The notes beneath the pieces were generated by a model. That model had not been told where the DNA came from. It ran no database searches and saw nothing but the letters and a program-made list of their open reading frames with translations. A program made the position numbers and the translations under genes. Positions 33,211 through 43,408 of a stretch of DNA of 64,000 bases are shown here, piece by piece. The stretch's first letter is position 1. Every line of letters starts with the position of its first letter. The stretch is from an uncultured Planctomycetaceae bacterium (GTDB lineage Bacteria; Planctomycetota; Planctomycetia; Planctomycetales; Planctomycetaceae). The DNA is taken from NCBI GenBank assembly GCA_963813715.1, contig CAWFAK010000005.1:384001-448000 (forward strand), given 5' to 3'.

Positions 33211-35305
33211 TCAACCCGTCTGTGGCAGGTCGAGGGCCTTGCCGAATCGTTCGAGCACGCGAACCTTGAGCGGCGCCAGCTCGGGCTGGTCGAACTCGCC
33301 CGAGCGGACCAGGTCGAATGCCGCGCTGCGGGTCTCTTTGAGGATCGACTCGTCCCGCGTCAGATCGGCGACTCGCAGCGGCAGCTCGCCGTGTTGTCGC
33401 GTGCCTAGCACGTCGCCCGGGCCGCGGATGGCAAAATCGGCCTCGGCGATGGCGAAGCCGTCGGACGTCGTTTCGAGCGCCTCCAACCTCCGCTGCGCTT
33501 CGGGCGACTCGGCATCCGAAAACAGAAAACAATAACCCTGGAACTTCCCGCGACTGACGCGGCCCCGCAGTTGGTGCAGTTGCGACAGTCCGAAACGGTG
33601 GGCCTCGTCGATCACCATGATCGTCGCGTTGGGGACGTCGATGCCCACTTCGACGACGGTCGTCGACACAAGCACGTCGATCTTGCCGTTGCTGAACGCG
33701 GCCATCCCCGCCGCCTTCAGGTCCGAGTCGAGTCGGCCGTGAATCAGCCCCACGCGGAACTCCCGAAACGTTCCAGCGCTCAGCAGTTTGAAAACCTCTT
33801 CGGCACTGGCCGCCGGCCGCTTCGAGAGGTCGTCCGCCGTGGCTTCGATTCGCGGGCAAACCACGTAGGCCTGCCGGCCCTTCTGCAGCTGCTCCTTGAT
33901 GAACTGCCAGGCGCGGTCCCGCGTCGGCGCGTCGCTCACGCGGCTGGTGACGACTTTCTGTCGACCGGGGGGCGTGTCGACGATCGTCAGTCAGGTCCAG
34001 GTCGCCGAACTGGGTCAGGCACAGGCTGCGGGGGATCGGCGTGGCCGTCATCACCAGCACGTGCGGCGCCAGGTCGTTCGAGCCTTTGGAAAAGACGGCT
34101 CGCTGCATCACCCCGAACTTGTGCTGCTCGTCGATCACCACCAGGCCCAGCTTGGCGAACGTCACGTCTTTTTGAATCACGGCCTGCGTGCCGACGACCA
34201 GCGACACCGATCCGTCGGCAATGCCGGCCAGCGCGTCGCGCCGCTCGCGGGGGTTCAAGGCGCCGGTGAGCAAGAGTCGATTGACTCGGCTGTGAGCGAG
34301 CGCTTTGTCGATCGTCTGCCAATGCTGGTTGGCGAGCACCTCGGTCGGCGCCATGAAGACGGCCTGATGACCGGCGGCGACCGCCACCAAAATCGCGTAG
34401 AGAGCGACGGCCGTTTTGCCCGCGCCGACCTCGGCCTGCAGCAGGCGATGCATGGCTTCGCCCGACTCCAGGTCGCGCGAGATCTCCGCGACGGCTCGAC
34501 TCTGTCCCTCGGTGAAGGTGAACGGGAACAGCCGGCGGATCCGCGCGTCGATCTTGGCCGTCGTCGGCAGCACGGGGGCGGCGCCGCGGGTCTTCCAGCT
34601 CCGCCGCCGCATCGCCAGCCCGAGCTGAAACTCGAACAAGTCGTCGAAGATCAAGCGGCGACGGCCCGATTCGAACTCGGCCACCGACTTTGGCAGATGC
34701 AGCTCGCGGATCGCCTGTTTCAGTCCGCACACTCCCAGCCGCTCGCGCAGCTCGGCCGGCAGCGGATCGGGAACGAATTCGACGAACTGCTCGACGGCCG
34801 ACCGCACGATCTTTCGCAACAGGTCCTGCGACAGTCCCTCGGTCAACCGGTAGAGGGGCAACACCTCGCCGCGGGTCTCTGCGTCGGCGTCGCCGATCAA
34901 CTGGGCTCGCGGATGCGAAAATTCCCAGCGGCCCGCGTTCCGCTTGGGCTTGCCGGAAAAGAGGACCGACTCGCCGACCTGGAACTTGTGCATCATCCAG
35001 GGCTGATTGAACCAGAGCCCGCGGACGTAGAGGCCGTCGCTGTCGATCAGCACGCCGACCAGGTTGCGGCCGTTGCTCGTCATGCGACCGTCGCGATCGA
35101 CGACGGTCCCCCGCACGGTTTGCAACTCGCCCGCGCGGAGCTCGCTGGCCCGACAGACATTCGTCAGGTCGAGCACGTCGCGCGGCAGGTTCCAGAGCAG
35201 GTCTTCGACTGTGACCAGGTCCAGGTTGGCCAGCAGCCGTGCCCGATCGGGCCCTACGCCTTTGAGGAACTGTACCGGTGTTTGGAGAGGCGAATCTGCG
35301 TTCAT
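33211..35305 (-). CDS. recG: ATP-dependent DNA helicase RecG (frameshift near 33985)
   Basis: LKGVGP, WFNQPW, RLLQAEVGAGKT, MAPTEVLA, DEQHKFG, MTATPIPRSL, TTVVEVGIDVPNAT, QLHQLRGRV, RGPGD. Confidence 0.97.
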
Positions 35306-35451
35306 GGGTCCGATGGTGGCGCAATTATAGTCGGGCGGTCCGTCCGGAGAGCTTTTTGGAAGCCTCCGCATTATGCTGCAGGAAGCCGTTTTTGCATCCA
35401 CTGTTTGACCGCCAACCGCAACCAATCGCGCTTGGTTCCGGAGAATTGCTG

Positions 35452-37609
35452 ATGCGTTCGCTCGTTTATGCTGCGGTTTTCGCGATCGGTGCCATTCTGC
35501 CTCTCGCGGGCGCTCGAGGCGATGATCCGCCCGCCGATCGTCCGCTGCTGAAGGGCTCCGTCACTATTTATCGCGACACCTGGGGCGTGCCGCACATCTT
35601 CGCCAAGACGCCGGGCGAGGGAGCCTACGGACTGGGTTACGTCCAGGCCCAGGACCGGCTCGACGATATCTACAAGAACCTGCGCACGGGCCTGGGCCGC
35701 ATGGCGGAAGCCTTCGGCGGGAAGAAGCTGGCCGACCAGGACTACATCATGAAGCTCTGCCGCAACGAGGAGCTGGCCAAGGAATATTGGACGAAGGCAC
35801 CTCCGCACGTGAAGGACGTCTGCAGCGGCTTCGTCGCGGGCGTCGAGCGGTATATCGGCGAGCATCCCGAAAAGGTGCCGACGTTTGCCATCAAGCTCGA
35901 GCCGTGGCAGGTGCTGACGGTCGGCCGTGCGATGACCCTCAATTGGCCGCTGGGGACGATCAAGGACGACCTCGAGCGCGGGCAGAAAAAACAGCACGCC
36001 GGCAAGAACGTGCCCATGCGGTCCAACCAGTGGTGCGTGTCTCCGTCGCGCTCGGCCGACAAAGTTCCCATTCTCCTGGCCGACCCGCACCTCGACTGGG
36101 AGGGGATGGCCGTGATGTACGAGGCTCGCGTGCACGCGGGCGATCTGCAGATGAACGGCTTTTTCCTCGTTGGCGGACCGACGCTGGGGATTGGACACAA
36201 TCAGCACGTCGGTTGGGCGCTGACCACCGGCGGGCCCGACACGTCCGACGTTTACCAGATGAAGTTTCGCATGTCGCCCAAGCCGCAGTACGAGTACGAC
36301 GGCCAATGGCGCGACGCCAAGATCACGTTCATCCAGGTCCTCGTCAAAGACTCGACGCCCGATGTTTCGCCCGGCGATGTACACGCATCTTGGGCCGGTG
36401 ATCTCGGCGCCTGATCGTAAGACGGGCATCGCCTTCGTGGGGGCGTCTCCTTACTTCGACGCGATGGGACTCTCGGAACAGTTCTACAAGATGGCGATGG
36501 CCAAGAACGTGCACGACGTTTACAACGCCCTTGGCATGAATCAGTACAACGAACAGAACGTGATGTTCGCCGACGACAGCGGTTCGATCGCCTACGTGCG
36601 CAACGGCGCCACGCCGATTCGTCCCGAGGGCTACGACTGGAGCATGCCCGTGCCGGGCACGACTTCCGCCACGGCCTGGAAAGGCATCCATCCGATCGAC
36701 GACCTGGTGCACATCTTCAATCCGGCCGCCGGCTACATGCAGAACTGCAACATCAGCCCGCAGAACATGATGGTCGGCTCGCCGCTGACTCCCGACAAGT
36801 ATCCGCGTTACATCTACAACGTGTCGTGGGATGACAACAATCCGCGCGGCAAGCGGATCACCCACTTGCTCAATGCCGATCACTGCGTCACGCAGGAGGA
36901 CGCGAAGCGGTTCACGACCGACGTGAAAGACATCCTCGCCGAGATGTGGAAAGCGACGCTGCAGACGGCCGTTTCGACCGTCGGCGCCGAGCACATGAAA
37001 GACCCGGAGTTCGCCGCCGCCGTCAAAGCGATCGAGGCCTGGGACGGTTTTTATCTTCCCGAGTACAAAGCGACGGCACTCTACAAATTCTGGCGGCTCA
37101 AGTGCGGCGACAAGCTCAACCTCACTCCGCTGGGCCAGGGCAAGCCGCTCGACGAGGCGACGAACAAGCAGCTGCTCGACTTGCTCGCGACAACCATCGC
37201 CGAGATGAAGACCCGTTACGGCAAATGGGACGTGGCCTGGGGCGACGTCCACAAGGTGGGCCGTGGCGGCGTCTACTTCCCGGTGGGCGGCTGCGATTAC
37301 GAATCAGGCGACAAGGCGGCGAACTTCACCGAAACGTTATTCGACGTCAAATCGAAAGAAGATCCGAAGCAGCCGGGCCGTTACATCGCCATGAACGGCT
37401 CGATGGCCACGATCCTGATGTTCTTTCACAAGGACGGCGTGCGGTCGTTCACGGTCACGCCCTGGGGGGAGAGCTCCGATCCCAAGTCGCCGCACTATAT
37501 GGATCAGGGTGAAAAGCTCTACTCGAAGCGGCAGATGAAGCCGACGTGGTGGAACGAAGCGGAGCTGAAAGAGCACGTCGAATCGAAGACCGTGCTCGAG
37601 ATTCGTTGA
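35452..37609 (+). CDS. Penicillin acylase family Ntn-hydrolase (frameshift near 36360)
   Basis: RDTWGVPHI, GYVQAQDRL, beta-subunit nucleophile SNQW, ADPHL, NCN, GESSDPKSPHYMDQ. Confidence 0.92.
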
Positions 37610-37624
37610 CGACCAGTGCACCCC

Positions 37625-39058
37625 ATGACTGAAGCAGTGCCGGCAGAGCTGAAATCGCGTCTGGAGCCCCACGGGCAAACGCACGTCCTGCGCTGGTGGG
37701 GTGAGTTGTCGAGCGGCGAGCGGCAGCGACTGGCACGGCAGATCGAATCGCTCGATCTGCCGCGGGTCGCCGCGCTCTGGGCCTCGCGACAGCAGGCGGG
37801 CCAAAAATCGCCGGCGGAAGATCTCGCCGAGATTGCGCGGCGGGCCGTGCCGCCGGCGTCGATCGTGCGACTGCCGCAGACGCCGGCCGCGCGTGCCGAA
37901 TGGCAGCGGGCGCACGAAATCGGCGAGGGGCTGCTCAAAGCCGGTCAGGTCGGCGCGATTCTGGTGGCGGGAGGGCAGGGGACGCGGCTCGGGTTCGACA
38001 AGCCCAAAGGCATGTTCCCGATCGGCCCGGTGAGTCACGCCACTCTCTTCCAGATTCTCGCCGAGCAACTGCTGGCGCGCTCGCGGCGGGCGGGGAAACC
38101 GATCCCCTACTTCGTCATGACCAGCGACGCCACGCATGAAGAGACGGTCGCGTTTTTCAACGAGCACAAGTTCTTCGGCCTGCCAGCCGGCGACGTCTTT
38201 TTCTTCGAGCAGGGCAATATGCCTGCCGTCGACGCGGCCACCGGCCAGCTGCTGCTGTCCGAGAAAGGCTCGCTGAGCACGAGTCCCGACGGACACGGCG
38301 GAATGCTTGCGGCGCTCGCCAAAGCCGGCTTGCTCGACGAGATGCGGCGGCGGGGCATCGAGTTTCTGCACTATCACCAGGTCGACAATCCGACGGCCAT
38401 CGTCTGCGATCCGGTCTTCCTCGGCTTTCATGCCGAGCGGGGCGCGGAAATGTCGATCAAGGTCGTCGCCAAGCGGTCGGCCGGCGAGCGGATGGGCGTG
38501 GCGGTCGACGTCGACGGCCGCACGCAGATCATCGAGTACAGCGACCTGCCCGCCGACGTCGCCGCGCAGACCGACGAGCGGGGCGAGCTGCTCTTGTGGG
38601 CGGGCAGCACGGCCATCCACGTCTTCAGTCGCTCGTTTCTCGATCGCGTGGCCCACAGCGACGCGGCTCTTCCGTTTCATATCGCTCACAAGAAAGTTCC
38701 CTACTGCGACGAGCAGGGGACAGCCGTCGCACCCCAGCGGGAGAACGCCTACAAGTTCGAGCGATTCATTTTCGACGCCCTGCCGGCCGCCCAGCGGTCG
38801 CTGGTGCTGGAGACCGATCGCGCGCGTGAGTTCAATCCGGTCAAGAACGCCGGCGGCGACGATTCGCCCGACACGGCTCGCGCGGCGCTCGTGCGACTGC
38901 ATCAGGGTTGGTTGCGCGAGGCGGGCGCGGTCGTCGACGATCAGACGCCTGTCGAGATCAGCCCGCTCTTTGCCCTCGACGCGGAGGACGTGCGAACGAA
39001 GGTCGCAGGCGGCACCCGCGTGGCCCAACCGACGTTTTTCGGTCCGCCGAAATCCTGA
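37625..39058 (+). CDS. UDPGP type 1 family / UDP-N-acetylglucosamine pyrophosphorylase (UAP-like)
   Basis: LVAGGQGTRLG..PKG, MTS, FEQG, SPDGHGG, QVDN, IEYSDLP, KFERFIFD, EFNPVKNA. Confidence 0.92.
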   Translation: MTEAVPAELKSRLEPHGQTHVLRWWGELSSGERQRLARQIESLDLPRVAALWASRQQAGQKSPAEDLAEIARRAVPPASIVRLPQTPAARAEWQRAHEIGEGLLKAGQVGAILVAGGQGTRLGFDKPKGMFPIGPVSHATLFQILAEQLLARSRRAGKPIPYFVMTSDATHEETVAFFNEHKFFGLPAGDVFFFEQGNMPAVDAATGQLLLSEKGSLSTSPDGHGGMLAALAKAGLLDEMRRRGIEFLHYHQVDNPTAIVCDPVFLGFHAERGAEMSIKVVAKRSAGERMGVAVDVDGRTQIIEYSDLPADVAAQTDERGELLLWAGSTAIHVFSRSFLDRVAHSDAALPFHIAHKKVPYCDEQGTAVAPQRENAYKFERFIFDALPAAQRSLVLETDRAREFNPVKNAGGDDSPDTARAALVRLHQGWLREAGAVVDDQTPVEISPLFALDAEDVRTKVAGGTRVAQPTFFGPPKS

Positions 39059-39109
39059 CTGCCAGAATCCTAATATCGCAAAACCTGAGAACCGTTCGAG
39101 CCCTTTGAA

Positions 39110-40186
39110 ATGTTGCACGCAGTGATTATGGCCGGAGGCAGTGGAACGCGGTTCTGGCCGGCGAGCCGCGCCAACCGGCCCAAGCAGTTCTTGCCGCTCT
39201 TTGGCGACGAAACGTTGCTGCAGGCGACCGTGCGGCGGATTGCCGACTGGATCGGCGGCGACCGCACGCTGATCGTGACGAACCAGGCCCACGCGGCCGA
39301 GACGGCCCGCGAGCTGCCCGCGGTTCCCGCCGCGAACATCGTCCGCGAGCCGTGCGGACGAAACACGGCACCCTGCATCGGCCTGGCCGCCATGCTGATC
39401 GCCCAGCGCGACCCCAACGGCGTGATGCTGGTGATGCCGGCCGACCATCGCATCGAACGGGCCGAGTGGTTTCACGAAGCCGTCGAGCGAGCGGTGGCCA
39501 TCGTCGAGCGAGAGCCGGCGCTCGTGCTCTTCGGCATCCGCCCGAGTTATCCGTCGGTCAGTTTTGGCTACCTGGAGCGGGGCGCGGCGCTCGGCGGCCG
39601 CGAAGGCGCGTTCCGCGTGGCCTCGTTTCGCGAAAAGCCCGACCGCGCCAAGGCGGAGGAATTCCTCGCCGCGGGAAGCTTTTTCTGGAACAGCGGCATC
39701 TTCGTCTGGAAGGCAGCGACGATTCTCGAGGCCCTGCGGCGCTTCGAGCCGTCGATCTACGATCGGCTGGCCGGCTTGCGGCCGCATCTGAACACGGAGA
39801 ACTGGGACCGCGTGTTGGCCGCTGAGTTTCCCAGCGTCAAAGCGATCTCCATCGATTACGGGGTGCTCGAGCGGGCCGACAACGTGCTGATGATCGAAGC
39901 CCCGTTCGACTGGGACGACGTCGGCAGCTGGCAGGCGTTGGGGCGACAAGCGGCACAAACGGGAGACGCCGACGACAACCGCGCGCAGGGGTTGTTTTGC
40001 AGCGTCGACAGCCACGGCTGCATCGTGCGGACGACCGGCGATCACCTGGTGGCGACGATCGGCATGACCGATTGCATCGTTGTCCACACACCCGACGCGA
40101 CGCTGGTCGCGCGCAAGGATGACGAAGAGAGCATTCGCCGCCTCGTTCAGGCCCTCAGAGAACGCGGGTATGAGCGATTCCTCTAA
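39110..40186 (+). CDS. manC: Mannose-1-phosphate guanylyltransferase
   Basis: IMAGGSGTRFWPASR..PKQFL, EPCGRNTAP, PADH, FREKP, WNSGIF, SIDYGVLE, WDDVGSW. Confidence 0.95.
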   Translation: MLHAVIMAGGSGTRFWPASRANRPKQFLPLFGDETLLQATVRRIADWIGGDRTLIVTNQAHAAETARELPAVPAANIVREPCGRNTAPCIGLAAMLIAQRDPNGVMLVMPADHRIERAEWFHEAVERAVAIVEREPALVLFGIRPSYPSVSFGYLERGAALGGREGAFRVASFREKPDRAKAEEFLAAGSFFWNSGIFVWKAATILEALRRFEPSIYDRLAGLRPHLNTENWDRVLAAEFPSVKAISIDYGVLERADNVLMIEAPFDWDDVGSWQALGRQAAQTGDADDNRAQGLFCSVDSHGCIVRTTGDHLVATIGMTDCIVVHTPDATLVARKDDEESIRRLVQALRERGYERFL

Positions 40187-40712
40187 CGGTCCGGCCGAGT
40201 TTGGTGCGCCCGAGCCCGGTGCGCCTGACGGGAGTTCCACGGCCGCAAGTCGGGACCCGCACGCTGCGCCACTGACGGTGCCGCGCCGGGGCCGATTGCT
40301 CGGGCTCGACTATGGCACGGTGCGGGTCGGCCTGGCCGTGACGGAAGAGGAGCAGCGGGTGGCAGTCCCGCTCGAGACTTATACCCGCCGCAACCGGGAG
40401 CAGGACGCCCGGCATCTGGCCGCCGTGATCCGCGATCATCGCATCGTCGGACTGGTCATCGGTTTGCCGCTGCACATGGGGGGCGAAGAGGGCCAAAAAG
40501 CCGGAGAAGCCCGGCGTTTTGGGGCGTGGGCCGGAGACGTCGCCGGCTTGCCGATCACCTTTTGGGACGAGCGGCTGAGCACCTCGCAGGCGGACGAGCA
40601 TTTGGCGGCGGCCAACTTGAAGCCGAAAAAGCGCAAGTTGCTGCGGGACAAAATCGCCGCCCAGATCATGCTGCAGTCGTATCTCGATTCGCAGCAACAC
40701 TCGTCCCGGTAA
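40170..40712 (+). CDS. ruvX: YqgF/RuvX pre-16S rRNA nuclease
   Basis: LLGLDYGTVRVGLAV, VIGLP, WDERLST, DKIAAQIMLQSYLD. Confidence 0.95.
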   Translation: MSDSSNGPAEFGAPEPGAPDGSSTAASRDPHAAPLTVPRRGRLLGLDYGTVRVGLAVTEEEQRVAVPLETYTRRNREQDARHLAAVIRDHRIVGLVIGLPLHMGGEEGQKAGEARRFGAWAGDVAGLPITFWDERLSTSQADEHLAAANLKPKKRKLLRDKIAAQIMLQSYLDSQQHSSR

Positions 40713-40814
40713 GCGTTTTCACCGTGCTTTGTTCCCGGCCGAAGGCTTGCGAAATGCTGAAGTCGGCTGGTTGCACCTTTCGCCGGCGCAAAAAAGAGAT
40801 ACTTTGGAATTGGG

Positions 40815-41483
40815 GTGGGGTTCAATTCATTGGACGATGGGCCGGGGGTAGAGGCCTTGAGTTCGGCGGCTCCGAGCGGCACGCAGCGCACGGTTTTTCT
40901 CCGTGATCCGGACGTTCAGCTGATGCTGCGCGCCAAGGCCGGAGACGACAACGCGTTTGGGCAGCTCGTCACCGGGTATCAGGATCGTTTGCTCAGCATT
41001 TTCTACCATCTGCTGCGGGACCAGGCGGCCGCGGAAGATTTGGTGCAAGAAGTCTTTCTGCGAATTTACCGCGCCCGCAACGGTTACCAGCCGACGGCGA
41101 AGTTTTCGACCTGGTTGTTCCGCATCGCCAACAACGTGGCCAGCAACGCCCGGCGAACCATCGGCCGGCGTAAAGAGGTGCCGCTCGTTCAGGAATCGGG
41201 ATCGGTGCCGTCGGTCGGCACGAAGAAAAAAGTCATCAGCGACCGTTCGTCGCTGATTCCGACGCGGCAGCTCGTGAAACGGGAGACGTGCGAGATCGTG
41301 CAGACGGCGCTCGACACCCTCAACGAGCGCCAACGCCTGGCGGTGCTGTTGCACAAATTCGAGGGGATGAGTTACGAGGACATCGGTGAGGCGATGTCGC
41401 TTTCCACCGAGGCAGTCAAGTCGCTCTTGGCACGGGCCCGCGAGAACCTGCGGACCCAGTTGGAACCCCACTTGAAATCGTAG
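40815..41483 (+). CDS. ECF sigma-70 factor
   Basis: AEDLVQEVFL, FSTWLFRIA (region 2); GMSYEDIGEAM..VKSLLARAR (region 4). Confidence 0.95.
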   Translation: MGFNSLDDGPGVEALSSAAPSGTQRTVFLRDPDVQLMLRAKAGDDNAFGQLVTGYQDRLLSIFYHLLRDQAAAEDLVQEVFLRIYRARNGYQPTAKFSTWLFRIANNVASNARRTIGRRKEVPLVQESGSVPSVGTKKKVISDRSSLIPTRQLVKRETCEIVQTALDTLNERQRLAVLLHKFEGMSYEDIGEAMSLSTEAVKSLLARARENLRTQLEPHLKS

Positions 41484-41552
41484 CGGCTCTGGTGCGTCAG
41501 CCGACGCGCCCCGTGGATCGAAGCCGCGAAGGCCGCTCGTTTCTGCCGAACG

Positions 41553-42068
41553 ATGCAGAAGATCCCCCGACTAACTCAAGACCAGCGATCAAACCTGGTC
41601 GCCTATCTCGACGGCGAATTGCCCGAGCCGGCGGTCAAGGAGATCGACCAGGTGCTCTCCAAGAGCCCGGCGGTCCGTCACGACGTCGAGATGCTCGCCC
41701 GCACGTGGGACCTGCTCGATCAGTTGCCCCGCCTGGCGACCGAAGAAGACTTCACCGCCCGCACGCTGTCGGTCGCCCAACAGGAAGAGGCGCCCCGCCC
41801 CCTTTTGCCCTCGAGCGTGAGCGAGCGGCTGCAAAGCCGTCAGTTGCGCCGCGGCGGCATTCTGTTGATCTGGCTGGCGGTGCTGGCAGCGAGCGCCTTC
41901 CTCGGTTACTCCGCCACGGCCCATTGGGTCCCCGATCAATCGGAGGACCTGTTGCGCAACTTGGAGGTCGTCGAGAAGCTGGACTTGTACCGCAACGTCG
42001 AATCGCTCGATTTCCTCAAACAGCTCGACGAAAAGATCGGAACCTTTGATGCCCAGCCCAAGCGGTAG
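41553..42068 (+). CDS. Membrane anti-sigma factor
   Basis: NLVAYLDGEL, TWDLLD, one TM; directly downstream of the ECF sigma. Confidence 0.85.
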   Translation: MQKIPRLTQDQRSNLVAYLDGELPEPAVKEIDQVLSKSPAVRHDVEMLARTWDLLDQLPRLATEEDFTARTLSVAQQEEAPRPLLPSSVSERLQSRQLRRGGILLIWLAVLAASAFLGYSATAHWVPDQSEDLLRNLEVVEKLDLYRNVESLDFLKQLDEKIGTFDAQPKR

Positions 42069-43059
42069 CCGCACGGCGGGGATCATCGGTCCCCTGGCTG
42101 CAATTTTCGCAGTGACGTTCCTCTGCGGGACGACGCCCGACGAGTCGCGGCTGCTCGCCGAGCGGCGGACGCGCATCGCCGGGATGACGCATGCCGAAGT
42201 TGAACAGTTGCGGCGGAATTACGACGAGTTCCGCAAGTTGTCACCCGAACGGCGCAAGGCTCTGCAAGAGTTGGATGACGAGGTTAAGCAGGACACGGCC
42301 AACGGCGGCCACCTGCTCAAGCTGATGACCGATTACAACCGCTGGCTGTCGACCCTGTCGCCGTTCGACCAGGAGCGGATCCTCAGCAAGACCGACCCGG
42401 TCGAACGGGCCCAACTCGTCCACGAGATTCGCGAGGAGCAGCAGAAACGCCTGGCGACGACGGGAATCGACGCGGGCGGACGGCCGGCGCTCGCACTGGA
42501 CCCGGCGGAATTCGAAACGATGTTGAAAGCCGTCGAGGACAATTTCCTCACCCCCGAAGTGCGCAAGAAGATCCCTGAACAGCTGACGGGCCGCGAACGC
42601 CATCTCCGGATTCTCAAGGCGGCCCAGCAGCAGGCCCACAGCGCGGCCGCCAGTCAGACGCTCGTGCAAACGCTGCTGGAGGCCATTCCCAACGACAGCC
42701 TCAAAGCCCGGATCATGAAGCAAGCGCCGCGAACGCCCCGGCGTCTCTTGGGGCAGGTGATGAGCCGCTCGCTCGCCGGCGAGTGGTGGGACGAAATTCG
42801 GGCCGTTTACCCAAAGCCGGCCGCCATCGAGGAAGAGATCAATCGTCGGTTGGCGATCGCTCCCGCCGGGAAACGCGATCAGCAGAAGCCGCAGTTCAGC
42901 TCCAGGCAGGGAAAACGCATGATCGGCGTGCAGCTCGCGCTGGCTAACGACGATCAATTCAAAGAGCTGCGGCTCGGTCTTTATGTGGCTTTCGGGCGGG
43001 CTGCAACATCGGAATGGCCGCGGCCAGTCGGCCCCAGGATCGGCCACAGTGCCCGATGA
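42049..43059 (+). CDS. Hypothetical periplasmic helical protein (DUF3106-like), third gene of the ECF operon; 3' end uncertain
   Basis: Overlaps the anti-sigma stop; signal-like segment; F..LSPERR..L, WL..LSP..QE. Confidence 0.65.
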   Translation: MPSPSGSRTAGIIGPLAAIFAVTFLCGTTPDESRLLAERRTRIAGMTHAEVEQLRRNYDEFRKLSPERRKALQELDDEVKQDTANGGHLLKLMTDYNRWLSTLSPFDQERILSKTDPVERAQLVHEIREEQQKRLATTGIDAGGRPALALDPAEFETMLKAVEDNFLTPEVRKKIPEQLTGRERHLRILKAAQQQAHSAAASQTLVQTLLEAIPNDSLKARIMKQAPRTPRRLLGQVMSRSLAGEWWDEIRAVYPKPAAIEEEINRRLAIAPAGKRDQQKPQFSSRQGKRMIGVQLALANDDQFKELRLGLYVAFGRAATSEWPRPVGPRIGHSAR

Positions 43060-43131
43060 ATCGCGGACGGACGAAGCTGAGGGCAAGGCGAAGTCGGCCG
43101 AGTGACCGGCGCCTGCCGTGCTACGCAGTGC

Positions 43132-43386
43132 TCAGCGAGCGGCAGAGCCGTCGGAATGCGTCGGCCCGCGACCGTTCAGCGCGTCTCCCGCTGCCGCAGG
43201 GCCCAGATTGAGCGTGACCAAAGGTTTGGCGGGTGAAGCCGTCGAGCCTTCGTGAACCGGGCACGAGGCACAGCCGCTCCCCGCGCGCGCGGAGCCCGTC
43301 CATAATCGCCAGCTGCGGCGGCCCAGGACGAACAGTGCGGCCGCGACGAAAATCAGGGCGACCAGTTGTTGCCAATCCCAAGTCAA
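43132..43386 (-). CDS. FeoB-associated Cys-rich small membrane protein
   Basis: MTWDWQQLVALIFVAAA TM + GCASCP; directly after feoB. Confidence 0.75.
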   Translation of the reverse strand: MTWDWQQLVALIFVAAALFVLGRRSWRLWTGSARAGSGCASCPVHEGSTASPAKPLVTLNLGPAAAGDALNGRGPTHSDGSAAR

Positions 43387-43408
43387 GGTTACGTCCCGCA
43401 AATCGTTG

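Noticed and set aside
37337..40240. 967-aa minus-strand ORF and similar long shadow ORFs (2543-4030, 17343-19184, 20644-22836, 33896-35452)
   Set aside because: Antisense to well-supported genes; a typical high-GC artefact
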